A stretch of 64,000 nucleotides of DNA, taken from Eledone cirrhosa (lineage: Eukaryota). Below the pieces are notes generated by a model. The model saw only the letters and a list, made by a program, of their open reading frames with translations. It made no database searches and was not told the DNA's origin. Of the stretch, positions 1-13,400 are shown one piece after another; position 1 is the stretch's first letter; every line of letters begins with the position of its first letter. The position numbers and the translations under genes were made by a program. The stretch spans positions 496,001 to 560,000 of the forward strand of contig CAXHJY010000973.1 of assembly GCA_964016885.1 (NCBI GenBank). Reading direction: 5' to 3'.

Positions 1-3000
1 TACCTCCATCTTTTGTTAGCTGTTGAGACACTGCATCCTTTAAAACCTCCATGGAACAAACTACCTGCATCAGTTGTTAGCTGCTGAGACACTGCATCCT
101 TTAAAACCTCCATGGAACAAACCACCTTCATCAGTTGTTAGCTGTCGAGACACTGCATCCTTTAAAACCTCCATGGAACAAACTACCTGCATCAGTTGTT
201 AGCTGCTGAGACACTGCATCTTTTAAAACCTCCATGGAACAAACTACCTGCATCAGTTGTTAGCTGACGAGACACTGCATCCTTTAAAACCTCCGTGGAA
301 AAAACTCCCTGCATCAGTTGCTAGTAGTTGAGACACTGCATCCTTTAAAACCTCTATGGAACAAACTATCTGCATCAGTTGTTAGCTGCTGAGACACTGC
401 ATCCTTTAAAACCTCCATGGAACAAACTACCTGCATCAGTTGTTAGCTGTTGAGACATTGCATCCTTTAAAACCTCTATGGAACAAACTACCTCCATCAG
501 TTGTTAGCTGTTGAGACACTGCATCCTTTAAAACCTCCATGGAACAAACTACCTGCATCAGTTGTTAGCTGCTGAGACACTGCATCCTTTAAAACCTCCA
601 TGGAACAAACCACCTTCATCAGTTGTTAGCTGTCGAGACACTGCATCCTTTAAAACCTCCATGGAACAAACTACCTGCATCAGTTGTTAGCTGCTGAGAC
701 ACTGCATCTTTTAAAACCTCCATGGAACAAACTACCTGCATCAGTTGTTAGCTGACGAGACACTGCATCCTTTAAAACCTCCGTGGAAAAAACTCCCTGC
801 ATCAGTTGCTAGTAGTTGAGACACTGCATCCTTTAAAACCTCTATGGAACAAACTATCTGCATCAGTTGTTAGCTGCTGAGACACTGCATCCTTTAAAAC
901 CTCCATGGAACAAACTACCTGCATCAGTTGTTAGCTGTTGAGACATTGCATCCTTTAAAACCTCTATGGAACAAACTACCTCCATCAGTTGTTAGCTGTT
1001 GAGACACTGCATCCTTTAAAACCTCCATGGAACAATCTACCTGCATCAGTGGTTACCTGTTGAGACACTGCATCCTTTAAAACCTCTATGGAACAAACTA
1101 CCTCCATCAGTTGTTAGCTGTTGAGAAACTGCATCCTTTAAAACCTCCGTGGAAAAAACTCCCTGCATCAGTTGCTAGCAGTTGAGACACTGAATCTTTT
1201 AAAACCTCCATGGAACAAACTACCTGCATCAGTTGTTAGCTGTTGACACGTTGCATCCTTTAAAACCTCTATGGAACAAACTACCTCCATCAGTTGTTAG
1301 CTGTTGAGACACTGCATCCTTTAAAACCTCTGTGGAAAAAACTCCCTGCATCAGTTGCTAGCAGTTGAGACACTGAATCTTTTAAAACCTCCATGGAACA
1401 AACTACCTGCATCAGTTGTTAGCTGTTGACACGTTGCATCCTTTAAAACCTCTATGGAACAAACTACCTCCATCAGTTGTTAGCTGTTGAGACACTGCAT
1501 CCTTTAAAACCTCCATGGAACAAACTACCTGCATCAGTTGTTACCTGTTGAGACACTGCATCCTTTAAAACCTCCATGGAACAAACAATCTGCATCAATT
1601 GTTAGCTGCTGAGACACTGCATCCTTTAAAACCTCCATGGAACAAACTACCTTCATCAGTTGTTACCTGTCGATACACTGCATCCTTTAAAACCTCCATG
1701 GAACATACTACCTGCATCAGTTGTTAGCTGTTGAGACATTGCATCCTTTAAAACCTCTATGGAACAAACTACCTCCATCAGTTGTTAGCTGACGAGACAC
1801 TGTATCCTTTAAAACCTCCATGGAACAAACTACCTGCATCAGTTCTTAGCTGTTGACACGTTGCATCCTTTAAAACCTCTATGGAACAAACTACCTCCAT
1901 CAGTTGTTAGCTGTTGAGACACTGCATCCTTTAAAACCTCCACGGAACAAACTACCTGCATCAGTTGTTACCTGTTGAGACACTGCATCCTTTAAAACCT
2001 CCATGGAACAAACTACCTTCATCAGTTGTTAGCTGTCGAGACTCTGCATCCTTTAAAACCTCCATGGAACAAACTACCTTAATCAGTTGTTAGCTGTTGA
2101 GACATTGCATCCTTTAAAACCTCTATGGAACAAACTACCTCAATCAGTTGTTAGCTGTTGAGACACTGCATCCTTTAAAACCTCCGTGGAAAAAACTCCC
2201 TGCATCAGTTGCTAGTAGATGAGACACTGAATCTTTTAAAACCTCCATGGAACAAACCACCTTCATCAGTTGTTAGCTGTCGAGACACTGCATCCTTTAA
2301 AACCTCCATGGAACAAACTACCTGCATCAGTTGTTAGCTGCTGAGACACTGCATCTTTTAAAACCTCCATGGAACAAACTACCTTAATCAGTTGTTAGCT
2401 GTTGAGACATTGCATCCTTTAAAACCTCTATGGAACAAACTACCTCAATCAGTTGTTAGCTGTTGAGACACTGCATCCTTTAAAACCTCCGTGGAAAAAA
2501 CTCCCTGCATCAGTTGCTAGTAGATGAGACACTGAATCTTTTAAAACCTCCATGGAACAAACTACCTGCATCAGTTGTTAGCTGCTGAGACACTGCATCC
2601 TTTAAAACCTCCATGGAACAAACTACCTGCATCAGTTGTTAGCTGTTGAGACATTGCATCCTTTAAAACCTCTATGGAACAAACTACCTCCATCTTTTGT
2701 TAGCTGTTGAGACACTGCATCCTTTAAAACCTCCATGGAACAAACTACCTGCATCAGTTGTTAGCTGCTGAGACACTGCATCCTTTAAAACCTCCATGGA
2801 ACAAACCACCTTCATCAGTTGTTAGCTGTCGAGACACTGCATCCTTTAAAACCTCCATGGAACAAACTACCTGCATCAGTTGTTAGCTGCTGAGACACTG
2901 CATCTTTTAAAACCTCCATGGAACAAACTACCTGCATCAGTTGTTAGCTGACGAGACACTGCATCCTTTAAAACCTCCGTGGAAAAAACTCCCTGCATCA

Positions 3001-6000
3001 GTTGCTAGTAGTTGAGACACTGCATCCTTTAAAACCTCTATGGAACAAACTATCTGCATCAGTTGTTAGCTGCTGAGACACTGCATCCTTTAAAACCTCC
3101 ATGGAACAAACTACCTGCATCAGTTGTTAGCTGTTGAGACATTGCATCCTTTAAAACCTCTATGGAACAAACTACCTCCATCAGTTGTTAGCTGTTGAGA
3201 CACTGCATCCTTTAAAACCTCCATGGAACAAACTACCTGCATCAGTTGTTAGCTGCTGAGACACTGCATCCTTTAAAACCTCCATGGAACAAACCACCTT
3301 CATCAGTTGTTAGCTGTCGAGACACTGCATCCTTTAAAACCTCCATGGAACAAACTACCTGCATCAGTTGTTAGCTGCTGAGACACTGCATCTTTTAAAA
3401 CCTCCATGGAACAAACTACCTGCATCAGTTGTTAGCTGACGAGACACTGCATCCTTTAAAACCTCCGTGGAAAAAACTCCCTGCATCAGTTGCTAGTAGT
3501 TGAGACACTGCATCCTTTAAAACCTCTATGGAACAAACTATCTGCATCAGTTGTTAGCTGCTGAGACACTGCATCCTTTAAAACCTCCATGGAACAAACT
3601 ACCTGCATCAGTTGTTAGCTGTTGAGACATTGCATCCTTTAAAACCTCTATGGAACAAACTACCTCCATCAGTTGTTAGCTGTTGAGACACTGCATCCTT
3701 TAAAACCTCCATGGAACAATCTACCTGCATCAGTGGTTACCTGTTGAGACACTGCATCCTTTAAAACCTCTATGGAACAAACTACCTCCATCAGTTGTTA
3801 GCTGTTGAGACACTGCATCCTTTAAAACCTCCGTGGAAAAAACTCCCTGCATCAGTTGCTAGCAGTTGAGACACTGAATCTTTTAAAACCTCCATGGAAC
3901 AAACTACCTGCATCAGTTGTTAGCTGTTGACACGTTGCATCCTTTAAAACCTCTATGGAACAAACTACCTCCATCAGTTGTTAGCTGTTGAGACACTGCA
4001 TCCTTTAAAACCTCTGTGGAAAAAACTCCCTGCATCAGTTGCTAGCAGTTGAGACACTGAATCTTTTAAAACCTCCATGGAACAAACTACCTGCATCAGT
4101 TGTTAGCTGTTGACACGTTGCATCCTTTAAAACCTCTATGGAACAAACTACCTCCATCAGTTGTTAGCTGTTGAGACACTGCATCCTTTAAAACCTCCAT
4201 GGAACAAACTACCTGCATCAGTTGTTACCTGTTGAGACACTGCATCCTTTAAAACCTCCATGGAACAAACAATCTGCATCAATTGTTAGCTGCTGAGACA
4301 CTGCATCCTTTAAAACCTCCATGGAACAAACTACCTTCATCAGTTGTTACCTGTCGATACACTGCATCCTTTAAAACCTCCATGGAACATACTACCTGCA
4401 TCAGTTGTTAGCTGTTGAGACATTGCATCCTTTAAAACCTCTATGCAACAAACTACCTCCATCAGTTGTTAGCTGACGAGACACTGTATCCTTTAAAACC
4501 TCCATGGAACAAACTACCTGCATCAGTTCTTAGCTGTTGACACGTTGCATCCTTTAAAACCTCTATGGAACAAACTACCTCCATCAGTTGTTAGCTGTTG
4601 AGACACTGCATCCTTTAAAACCTCCACGGAACAAACTACCTGCATCAGTTGTTACCTGTTGAGACACTGCATCCTTTAAAACCTCCATGGAACAAACTAC
4701 CTTCATCAGTTGTTAGCTGTCGAGACTCTGCATCCTTTAAAACCTCCATGGAACAAACTACCTTAATCAGTTGTTAGCTGTTGAGACATTGCATCCTTTA
4801 AAACCTCTATGGAACAAACTACCTCAATCAGTTGTTAGCTGTTGAGACACTGCATCCTTTAAAACCTCCGTGGAAAAAACTCCCTGCATCAGTTGCTAGT
4901 AGATGAGACACTGAATCTTTTAAAACCTCCATGGAACAAACTACCTGCATCAGTTGTTAGCTGCTGAGACACTGCATCCTTTAAAACCTCCATGGAACAA
5001 ACTACCTGCATCAGTTGTTAGCTGTTGAGACATTGCATCCTTTAAAACCTCTATGGAACAAACTACCTCCATCTTTTGTTAGCTGTTGAGACACTGCATC
5101 CTTTAAAACCTCCATGGAACAAACTACCTGCATCAGTTGTTAGCTGCTGAGACACTGCATCCTTTAAAACCTCCATGGAACAAACCACCTTCATCAGTTG
5201 TTAGCTGTCGAGACACTGCATCCTTTAAAACCTCCATGGAACAAACTACCTGCATCAGTTGTTAGCTGCTGAGACACTGCATCTTTTAAAACCTCCATGG
5301 AACAAACTACCTGCATCAGTTGTTAGCTGACGAGACACTGCATCCTTTAAAACCTCCGTGGAAAAAACTCCCTGCATCAGTTGCTAGTAGTTGAGACACT
5401 GCATCCTTTAAAACCTCTATGGAACAAACTATCTGCATCAGTTGTTAGCTGCTGAGACACTGCATCCTTTAAAACCTCCATGGAACAAACTACCTGCATC
5501 AGTTGTTAGCTGTTGAGACATTGCATCCTTTAAAACCTCTATGGAACAAACTACCTCCATCAGTTGTTAGCTGTTGAGACACTGCATCCTTTAAAACCTC
5601 CATGGAACAAACTACCTGCATCAGTTGTTAGCTGCTGAGACACTGCATCCTTTAAAACCTCCATGGAAAAAACTACCTTCATCAGTTGTTAGCTGTCCAG
5701 AGACTGCATCCTTTAAAACCTCCATGGAACAAACTACCTTCATCAGTTGTTACCTGTCGATACACTGCATCCTTTAAAACCTCCATGGAACAAACTACCT
5801 GCATCAGTTGTTAGCTGTTGAGACATTGCATCCTTTAAAACCTCTATGGAACAAACTACCTCCATCAGTTGTTAGCTGTTGAGACACTGCATCCTTTAAA
5901 ACCTCCATGGAACAATCTACCTGCATCAGTGGTTACCTGTTGAGACACTGCATCCTTTAAAACGTCTATGGAACAAACTACCTCCATCAGTTGTTAGCTG

Positions 6001-7442
6001 TTGAGACACTGCATCCTTTAAAACCTCCGTGGAAAAAACTCCCTGCATCAGTTGAGACACTGAATCTTTTAAAACCTCCATGGAACAAACTACCTGCATC
6101 AGTTGTTAGCTGTTGACACGTTGCATCCTTTAAAACCTCTATGGAACAAACTACCTCCATCAGTTGTTAGCTGTTGAGACACTGCATCCTTTAAAACCTC
6201 CGTGGAAAAAACTCCCTGCATCAGTTGCTAGCAGTTGAGACACTGAATCTTTTAAAACCTCCATGGAACAAACTACCTGCATCAGTTGTTAGCTGTTGAC
6301 ACGTTGCATCCTTTAAAACCTCTATGGAACAAACTACCTCCATCAGTTGTTAGCTGTTGAGACACTGCATCCTTTAAAACCTCTGTGGAAAAAACTCCCT
6401 GCATCAGTTGCTAGCAGTTGAGACACTGAATCTTTTAAAACCTCCATGGAACAAACTACCTGCATCAGTTGTTAGCTGTTGACACGTTGCATCCTTTAAA
6501 ACCTCTATGGAACAAACTACCTCCATCAGTTGTTAGCTGTTGAGACACTGCATCCTTTAAAACCCCCATGGAACAAACTACCTGCATCAGTTGTTACCTG
6601 TTGAGACACTGCATCCTTTAAAACCTCCATGGAACAAACAATCTGCATCAATTGTTAGCTGCTGAGACACTGCATCCTTTAAAACCTCCATGGAACAAAC
6701 TACCTTCATCAGTTGTTACCTGTCGATACACTGCATCCTTTAAAACCTCCATGGAACATACTACCTGCATCAGTTGTTAGCTGTTGAGACATTGCATCCT
6801 TTAAAACCTCTATGGAACAAACTACCTCCATCAGTTGTTAGCTGACGAGACACTGTATCCTTTAAAACCTCCATGGAACAAACTACCTGCATCAGTTCTT
6901 AGCTGTTGACACGTTGCATCCTTTAAAACCTCTATGGAACAAACTACCTCCATCAGTTGTTAGCTGTTGAGACACTGCATCCTTTAAAACCTCCACGGAA
7001 CAAACTACCTGCATCAGTTGTTACCTGTTGAGACACTGCATCCTTTAAAACCTCCATGGAACAAACTACCTTCATCAGTTGTTAGCTGTCGAGACTCTGC
7101 ATCCTTTAAAACCTCCATGGAACAAACTACCTTAATCAGTTGTTAGCTGTTGAGACATTGCATCCTTTAAAACCTCTATGGAACAAACTACCTCAATCAG
7201 TTGTTAGCTGTTGAGACACTGCATCCTTTAAAACCTCCGTGGAAAAAACTCCCTGCATCAGTTGCTAGTAGATGAGACACTGAATCTTTTAAAACCTCCA
7301 TGGAACAAACTACCTGCATCAGTTGTTAGCTGCTGAGACACTGCATCCTTTAAAACCTCCATGGAACAAACTACCTGCATCAGTTGTTAGCTGTTGAGAC
7401 ATTGCATCCTTTAAAACCTCTATGGAACAAACTACCTCCATC

Positions 7443-10400
7443 TTTTGTTAGCTGTTGAGACACTGCATCCTTTAAAACCTCCATGGAACAAACTACCTGC
7501 ATCAGTTGTTAGCTGCTGAGACACTGCATCCTTTAAAACCTCCATGGAACAAACCACCTTCATCAGTTGTTAGCTGTCGAGACACTGCATCCTTTAAAAC
7601 CTCCATGGAACAAACTACCTGCATCAGTTGTTAGCTGCTGAGACACTGCATCTTTTAAAACCTCCATGGAACAAACTACCTGCATCAGTTGTTAGCTGAC
7701 GAGACACTGCATCCTTTAAAACCTCCGTGGAAAAAACTCCCTGCATCAGTTGCTAGTAGTTGAGACACTGCATCCTTTAAAACCTCTATGGAACAAACTA
7801 TCTGCATCAGTTGTTAGCTGCTGAGACACTGCATCCTTTAAAACCTCCATGGAACAAACTACCTGCATCAGTTGTTAGCTGTTGAGACATTGCATCCTTT
7901 AAAACCTCTATGGAACAAACTACCTCCATCAGTTGTTAGCTGTTGAGACACTGCATCCTTTAAAACCTCCATGGAACAAACTACCTGCATCAGTTGTTAG
8001 CTGCTGAGACACTGCATCCTTTAAAACCTCCATGGAAAAAACTACCTTCATCAGTTGTTAGCTGTCCAGAGACTGCATCCTTTAAAACCTCCATGGAACA
8101 AACTACCTTCATCAGTTGTTACCTGTCGATACACTGCATCCTTTAAAACCTCCATGGAACAAACTACCTGCATCAGTTGTTAGCTGTTGAGACATTGCAT
8201 CCTTTAAAACCTCTATGGAACAAACTACCTCCATCAGTTGTTAGCTGTTGAGACACTGCATCCTTTAAAACCTCCATGGAACAATCTACCTGCATCAGTG
8301 GTTACCTGTTGAGACACTGCATCCTTTAAAACCTCTATGGAACAAACTACCTCCATCAGTTGTTAGCTGTTGAGACACTGCATCCTTTAAAACCTCCGTG
8401 GAAAAAACTCCCTGCATCAGTTGAGACACTGAATCTTTTAAAACCTCCATGGAACAAACTACCTGCATCAGTTGTTAGCTGTTGACACGTTGCATCCTTT
8501 AAAACCTCTATGGAACAAACTACCTCCATCAGTTGTTAGCTGTTGAGACACTGCATCCTTTAAAACCTCTGTGGAAAAAACTCCCTGCATCAGTTGCTAG
8601 CAGTTGAGACACTGAATCTTTTAAAACCTCCATGGAACAAACTACCTGCATCAGTTGTTAGCTGTTGACACGTTGCATCCTTTAAAACCTCTATGGAACA
8701 AACTACCTCCATCAGTTGTTAGCTGTTAAGACACTGCATCCTTTAAAACCTCTGTGGAAAAAACTCCCTGCATCAGTTGCTAGTAGTTGAGACACTGAAT
8801 CTTTTAAAACCTCCATGGAACAAACTACCTGCATCAGTTGTTAGCTGTTGACACGTTGCATCCTTTAAAACCTCTATGGAACAAACTACCTCAATCAGTT
8901 GTTAGCTGTTGAGACACTGCATCCTTTAAAACCTCCATGGAACAAACTACCTGCATCAGTTGTTACCTGTTGAGACACTGCATCCTTTAAAACCTCCATG
9001 GAACAAACAATCTGCATCAATTGTCAGCTGCTGAGACACTGCATCCTTTAAAACCTCCATGGAACAAACTACCTTCATCAGTTGTTACCTGTCGATACAC
9101 TGCATCCTTTAAAACCTCCATGGAACATACTACCTGCATCAGTTGTTAGCTGTTGAGACATTGCATCCTTTAAAACCTCTATGGAACAAACTACCTCCAT
9201 CAGTTGTTAGCTGACGAGACACTGTATCCTTTAAAACCTCCATGGAACAAACTATCTGCATCAGTTCTTAGCTGTTGACACGTTGCATCCTTTAAAACCT
9301 CTATGGAACAAACTACCTCCATCAGTTGTTAGCTGTTGAGACACTGCATCCTTTAAAACCTCCATGGAACAAACCACCTTCATCAGTTGTTAGCTGTCGA
9401 GACACTGCATCCTTTAAAACCTCCATGGAACAAACTACCTGCATCAGTTGTTAGCTGACGAGACACTGCATCCTTTAAAACCTCCGTGGAAAAAACTCCC
9501 TGCATCAGTTGCTAGTAGTTGAGACACTGCATCCTTTAAAACCTCTATGGAACAAACTATCTGCATCAGTTGTTAGCTGCTGAGACACTGCATCCTTTAA
9601 AACCTCCATGGAACAAACTACCTGCATCAGTTGTTAGCTGTTGAGACATTGCATCCTTTAAAACCTCTATGGAACAAACTACCTCCATCAGTTGTTAGCT
9701 GTTGAGACACTGCATCCTTTAAAACCTCCATGGAACAAACTACCTGCATCAGTTGTTAGCTGCTGAGACACTGCATCCTTTAAAACCTCCATGGAAAAAA
9801 CTACCTTCATCAGTTGTTAGCTGTCCAGAGACTGCATCCTTTAAAACCTCCATGGAACAAACTACCTTCATCAGTTGTTACCTGTCGATACACTGCATCC
9901 TTTAAAACCTCCATGGAACAAACTACCTGCATCAGTTGTTAGCTGTTGAGACATTGAATCCTTTAAAACCTCTATGGAACAAACTACCTCCATCAGTTGT
10001 TAGCTGTTGAGACACTGCATCCTTTAAAACCTCCATGGAACAATCTACCTGCATCAGTGGTTACCTGTTGAGACACTGCATCCTTTAAAACCTCTATGGA
10101 ACAAGCTACCTCCATCAGTTGTTAGCTGTTGAGACACTGCATCCTTTAAAACCTCCGTGGAAAAAACTCCCTGCATCAGTTGCTAGCAGTTGAGACACTG
10201 AATCTTTTAAAACCTCCATGGAACAAACTACCTGCATCAGTTGTTAGCTGTTGACACGTTGCATCCTTTAAAACCTCTATGGAACAAACTACCTCCATCA
10301 GTTGTTAGCTGTTGAGACACTGCATCCTTTAAAACCTCTGTGGAAAAAACTCCCTGCATCAGTTGCTAGCAGTTGAGACACTGAATCTTTTAAAACCTCC

Positions 10401-13400
10401 ATGGAACAAACTACCTGCATCAGTTGTTAGCTGTTGACACGTTGCATCCTTTAAAACCTCTATGGAACAAACTACCTCCATCAGTTGTTAGCTGTTGAGA
10501 CACTGCATCCTTTAAAACCTCTGTGGAAAAAACTCCCTGCATCAGTTGCTAGTAGTTGAGACACTGAATCTTTTAAAACCTCCATGGAACAAACTACCTG
10601 CATCAGTTGTTAGCTGTTGACACGTTGCATCCTTTAAAACCTCTATGGAACAAACTACCTCCATCAGTTGTTAGCTGTTGAGACACTGCATCCTTTAAAA
10701 CCTCTATGGAACAAACTACCTGCATCAGTTGTTACCTGTTGAGACACTGCATCCTTTAAAACCTCCATGGAACAAACAATCTGCATCAATTGTTAGCTGC
10801 TGAGACACTGCATCCTTTAAAACCTCCATGGAACAAACTACCTTCATCAGTTGTTACCTGTCGATACACTGCATCCTTTAAAACCTCCATGGAACATACT
10901 ACCTGCATCAGTTGTTAGCTGTTGAGACATTGCATCCTTTAAAACCTCTATGGAACAAAGTACCTCCATCAGTTGTTAGCTGACGAGACACTGTATCCTT
11001 TAAAACCTCCATGGAACAAACTACCTGCATCAGTTCTTAGCTGTTGACACGTTGCATCCTTTAAAACCTCTATGGAACAAACTACCTCCATCAGTTGTTA
11101 GCTGTTGAGACACTGCATCCTTTAAAACCTCCACGGAACAAACTACCTGCATCAGTTGTTACCTGTTGAGACACTGCATCCTTTAAAACCTCCATGGAAC
11201 AAACTACCTTCATCAGTTGTTAGCTGTCGAGACTCTGCATCCTTTAAAACCTCCATGGAACAAACTACCTTAATCAGTTGTTAGCTGTTGAGACATTGCA
11301 TCCTTTAAAACCTCTATGGAACAAACTACCTCAATCAGTTGTTAGCTGTTGAGACACTGCATCCTTTAAAACCTCCGTGGAAAAAACTCCCTGCATCAGT
11401 TGCTAGTAGATGAGACACTGAATCTTTTAAAACCTCCATGGAACAAACTACCTGCATCAGTTGTTAGCTGCTGAGACACTGCATCCTTTAAAACCTCCAT
11501 GGAACAAACTACCTGCATCAGTTGTTAGCTGTTGAGACATTGCATCCTTTAAAACCTCTATGGAACAAACTACCTCCATCTTTTGTTAGCTGTTGAGACA
11601 CTGCATCCTTTAAAACCTCCATGGAACAAACTACCTGCATCAGTTGTTAGCTGCTGAGACACTGCATCCTTTAAAACCTCCATGGAACAAACCACCTTCA
11701 TCAGTTGTTAGCTGTCGAGACACTGCATCCTTTAAAACCTCCATGGAACAAACTACCTGCATCAGTTGTTAGCTGCTGAGACACTGCATCTTTTAAAACC
11801 TCCATGGAACAAACTACCTGCATCAGTTGTTAGCTGACGAGACACTGCATCCTTTAAAACCTCCGTGGAAAAAACTCCCTGCATCAGTTGCTAGTAGTTG
11901 AGACACTGCATCCTTTAAAACCTCTATGGAACAAACTATCTGCATCAGTTGTTAGCTGCTGAGACACTGCATCCTTTAAAACCTCCATGGAACAAACTAC
12001 CTGCATCAGTTGTTAGCTGTTGAGACATTGCATCCTTTAAAACCTCTATGGAACAAACTACCTCCATCAGTTGTTAGCTGTTGAGACACTGCATCCTTTA
12101 AAACCTCCATGGAACAAACTACCTGCATCAGTTGTTAGCTGCTGAGACACTGCATCCTTTAAAACCTCCATGGAAAAAACTACCTTCATCAGTTGTTAGC
12201 TGTCCAGAGACTGCATCCTTTAAAACCTCCATGGAACAAACTACCTTCATCAGTTGTTACCTGTCGATACACTGCATCCTTTAAAACCTCCATGGAACAA
12301 ACTACCTGCATCAGTTGTTAGCTGTTGAGACATTGCATCCTTTAAAACCTCTATGGAACAAACTACCTCCATCAGTTGTTAGCTGTTGAGACACTGCATC
12401 CTTTAAAACCTCCATGGAACAATCTACCTGCATCAGTGGTTACCTGTTGAGACACTGCATCCTTTAAAACCTCTATGGAACAAACTACCTCCATCAGTTG
12501 TTAGCTGTTGAGACACTGCATCCTTTAAAACCTCCGTGGAAAAAACTCCCTGCATCAGTTGAGACACTGAATCTTTTAAAACCTCCATGGAACAAACTAC
12601 CTGCATCAGTTGTTAGCTGTTGACACGTTGCATCCTTTAAAACCTCTATGGAACAAACTACCTCCATCAGTTGTTAGCTGTTGAGACACTGCATCCTTTA
12701 AAACCTCTGTGGAAAAAACTCCCTGCATCAGTTGCTAGCAGTTGAGACACTGAATCTTTTAAAACCTCCATGGAACAAACTACCTGCATCAGTTGTTAGC
12801 TGTTGACACGTTGCATCCTTTAAAACCTCTATGGAACAAACTACCTCCATCAGTTGTTAGCTGTTAAGACACTGCATCCTTTAAAACCTCTGTGGAAAAA
12901 ACTCCCTGCATCAGTTGCTAGTAGTTGAGACACTGAATCTTTTAAAACCTCCATGGAACAAACTACCTGCATCAGTTGTTAGCTGTTGACACGTTGCATC
13001 CTTTAAAACCTCTATGGAACAAACTACCTCCATCAGTTGTTAGCTGTTGAGACACTGCATCCTTTAAAACCTCCATGGAACAAACTACCTGCATCAGTTG
13101 TTACCTGTTGAGACACTGCATCCTTTAAAACCTCCATGGAACAAACAATCTGCATCAATTGTCAGCTGCTGAGACACTGCATCCTTTAAAACCTCCATGG
13201 AACAAACTACCTTCATCAGTTGTTACCTGTCGATACACTGCATCCTTTAAAACCTCCATGGAACATACTACCTGCATCAGTTGTTAGCTGTTGAGACATT
13301 GCATCCTTTAAAACCTCTATGGAACAAACTACCTCCATCAGTTGTTAGCTGACGAGACACTGTATCCTTTAAAACCTCCATGGAACAAACTATCTGCATC

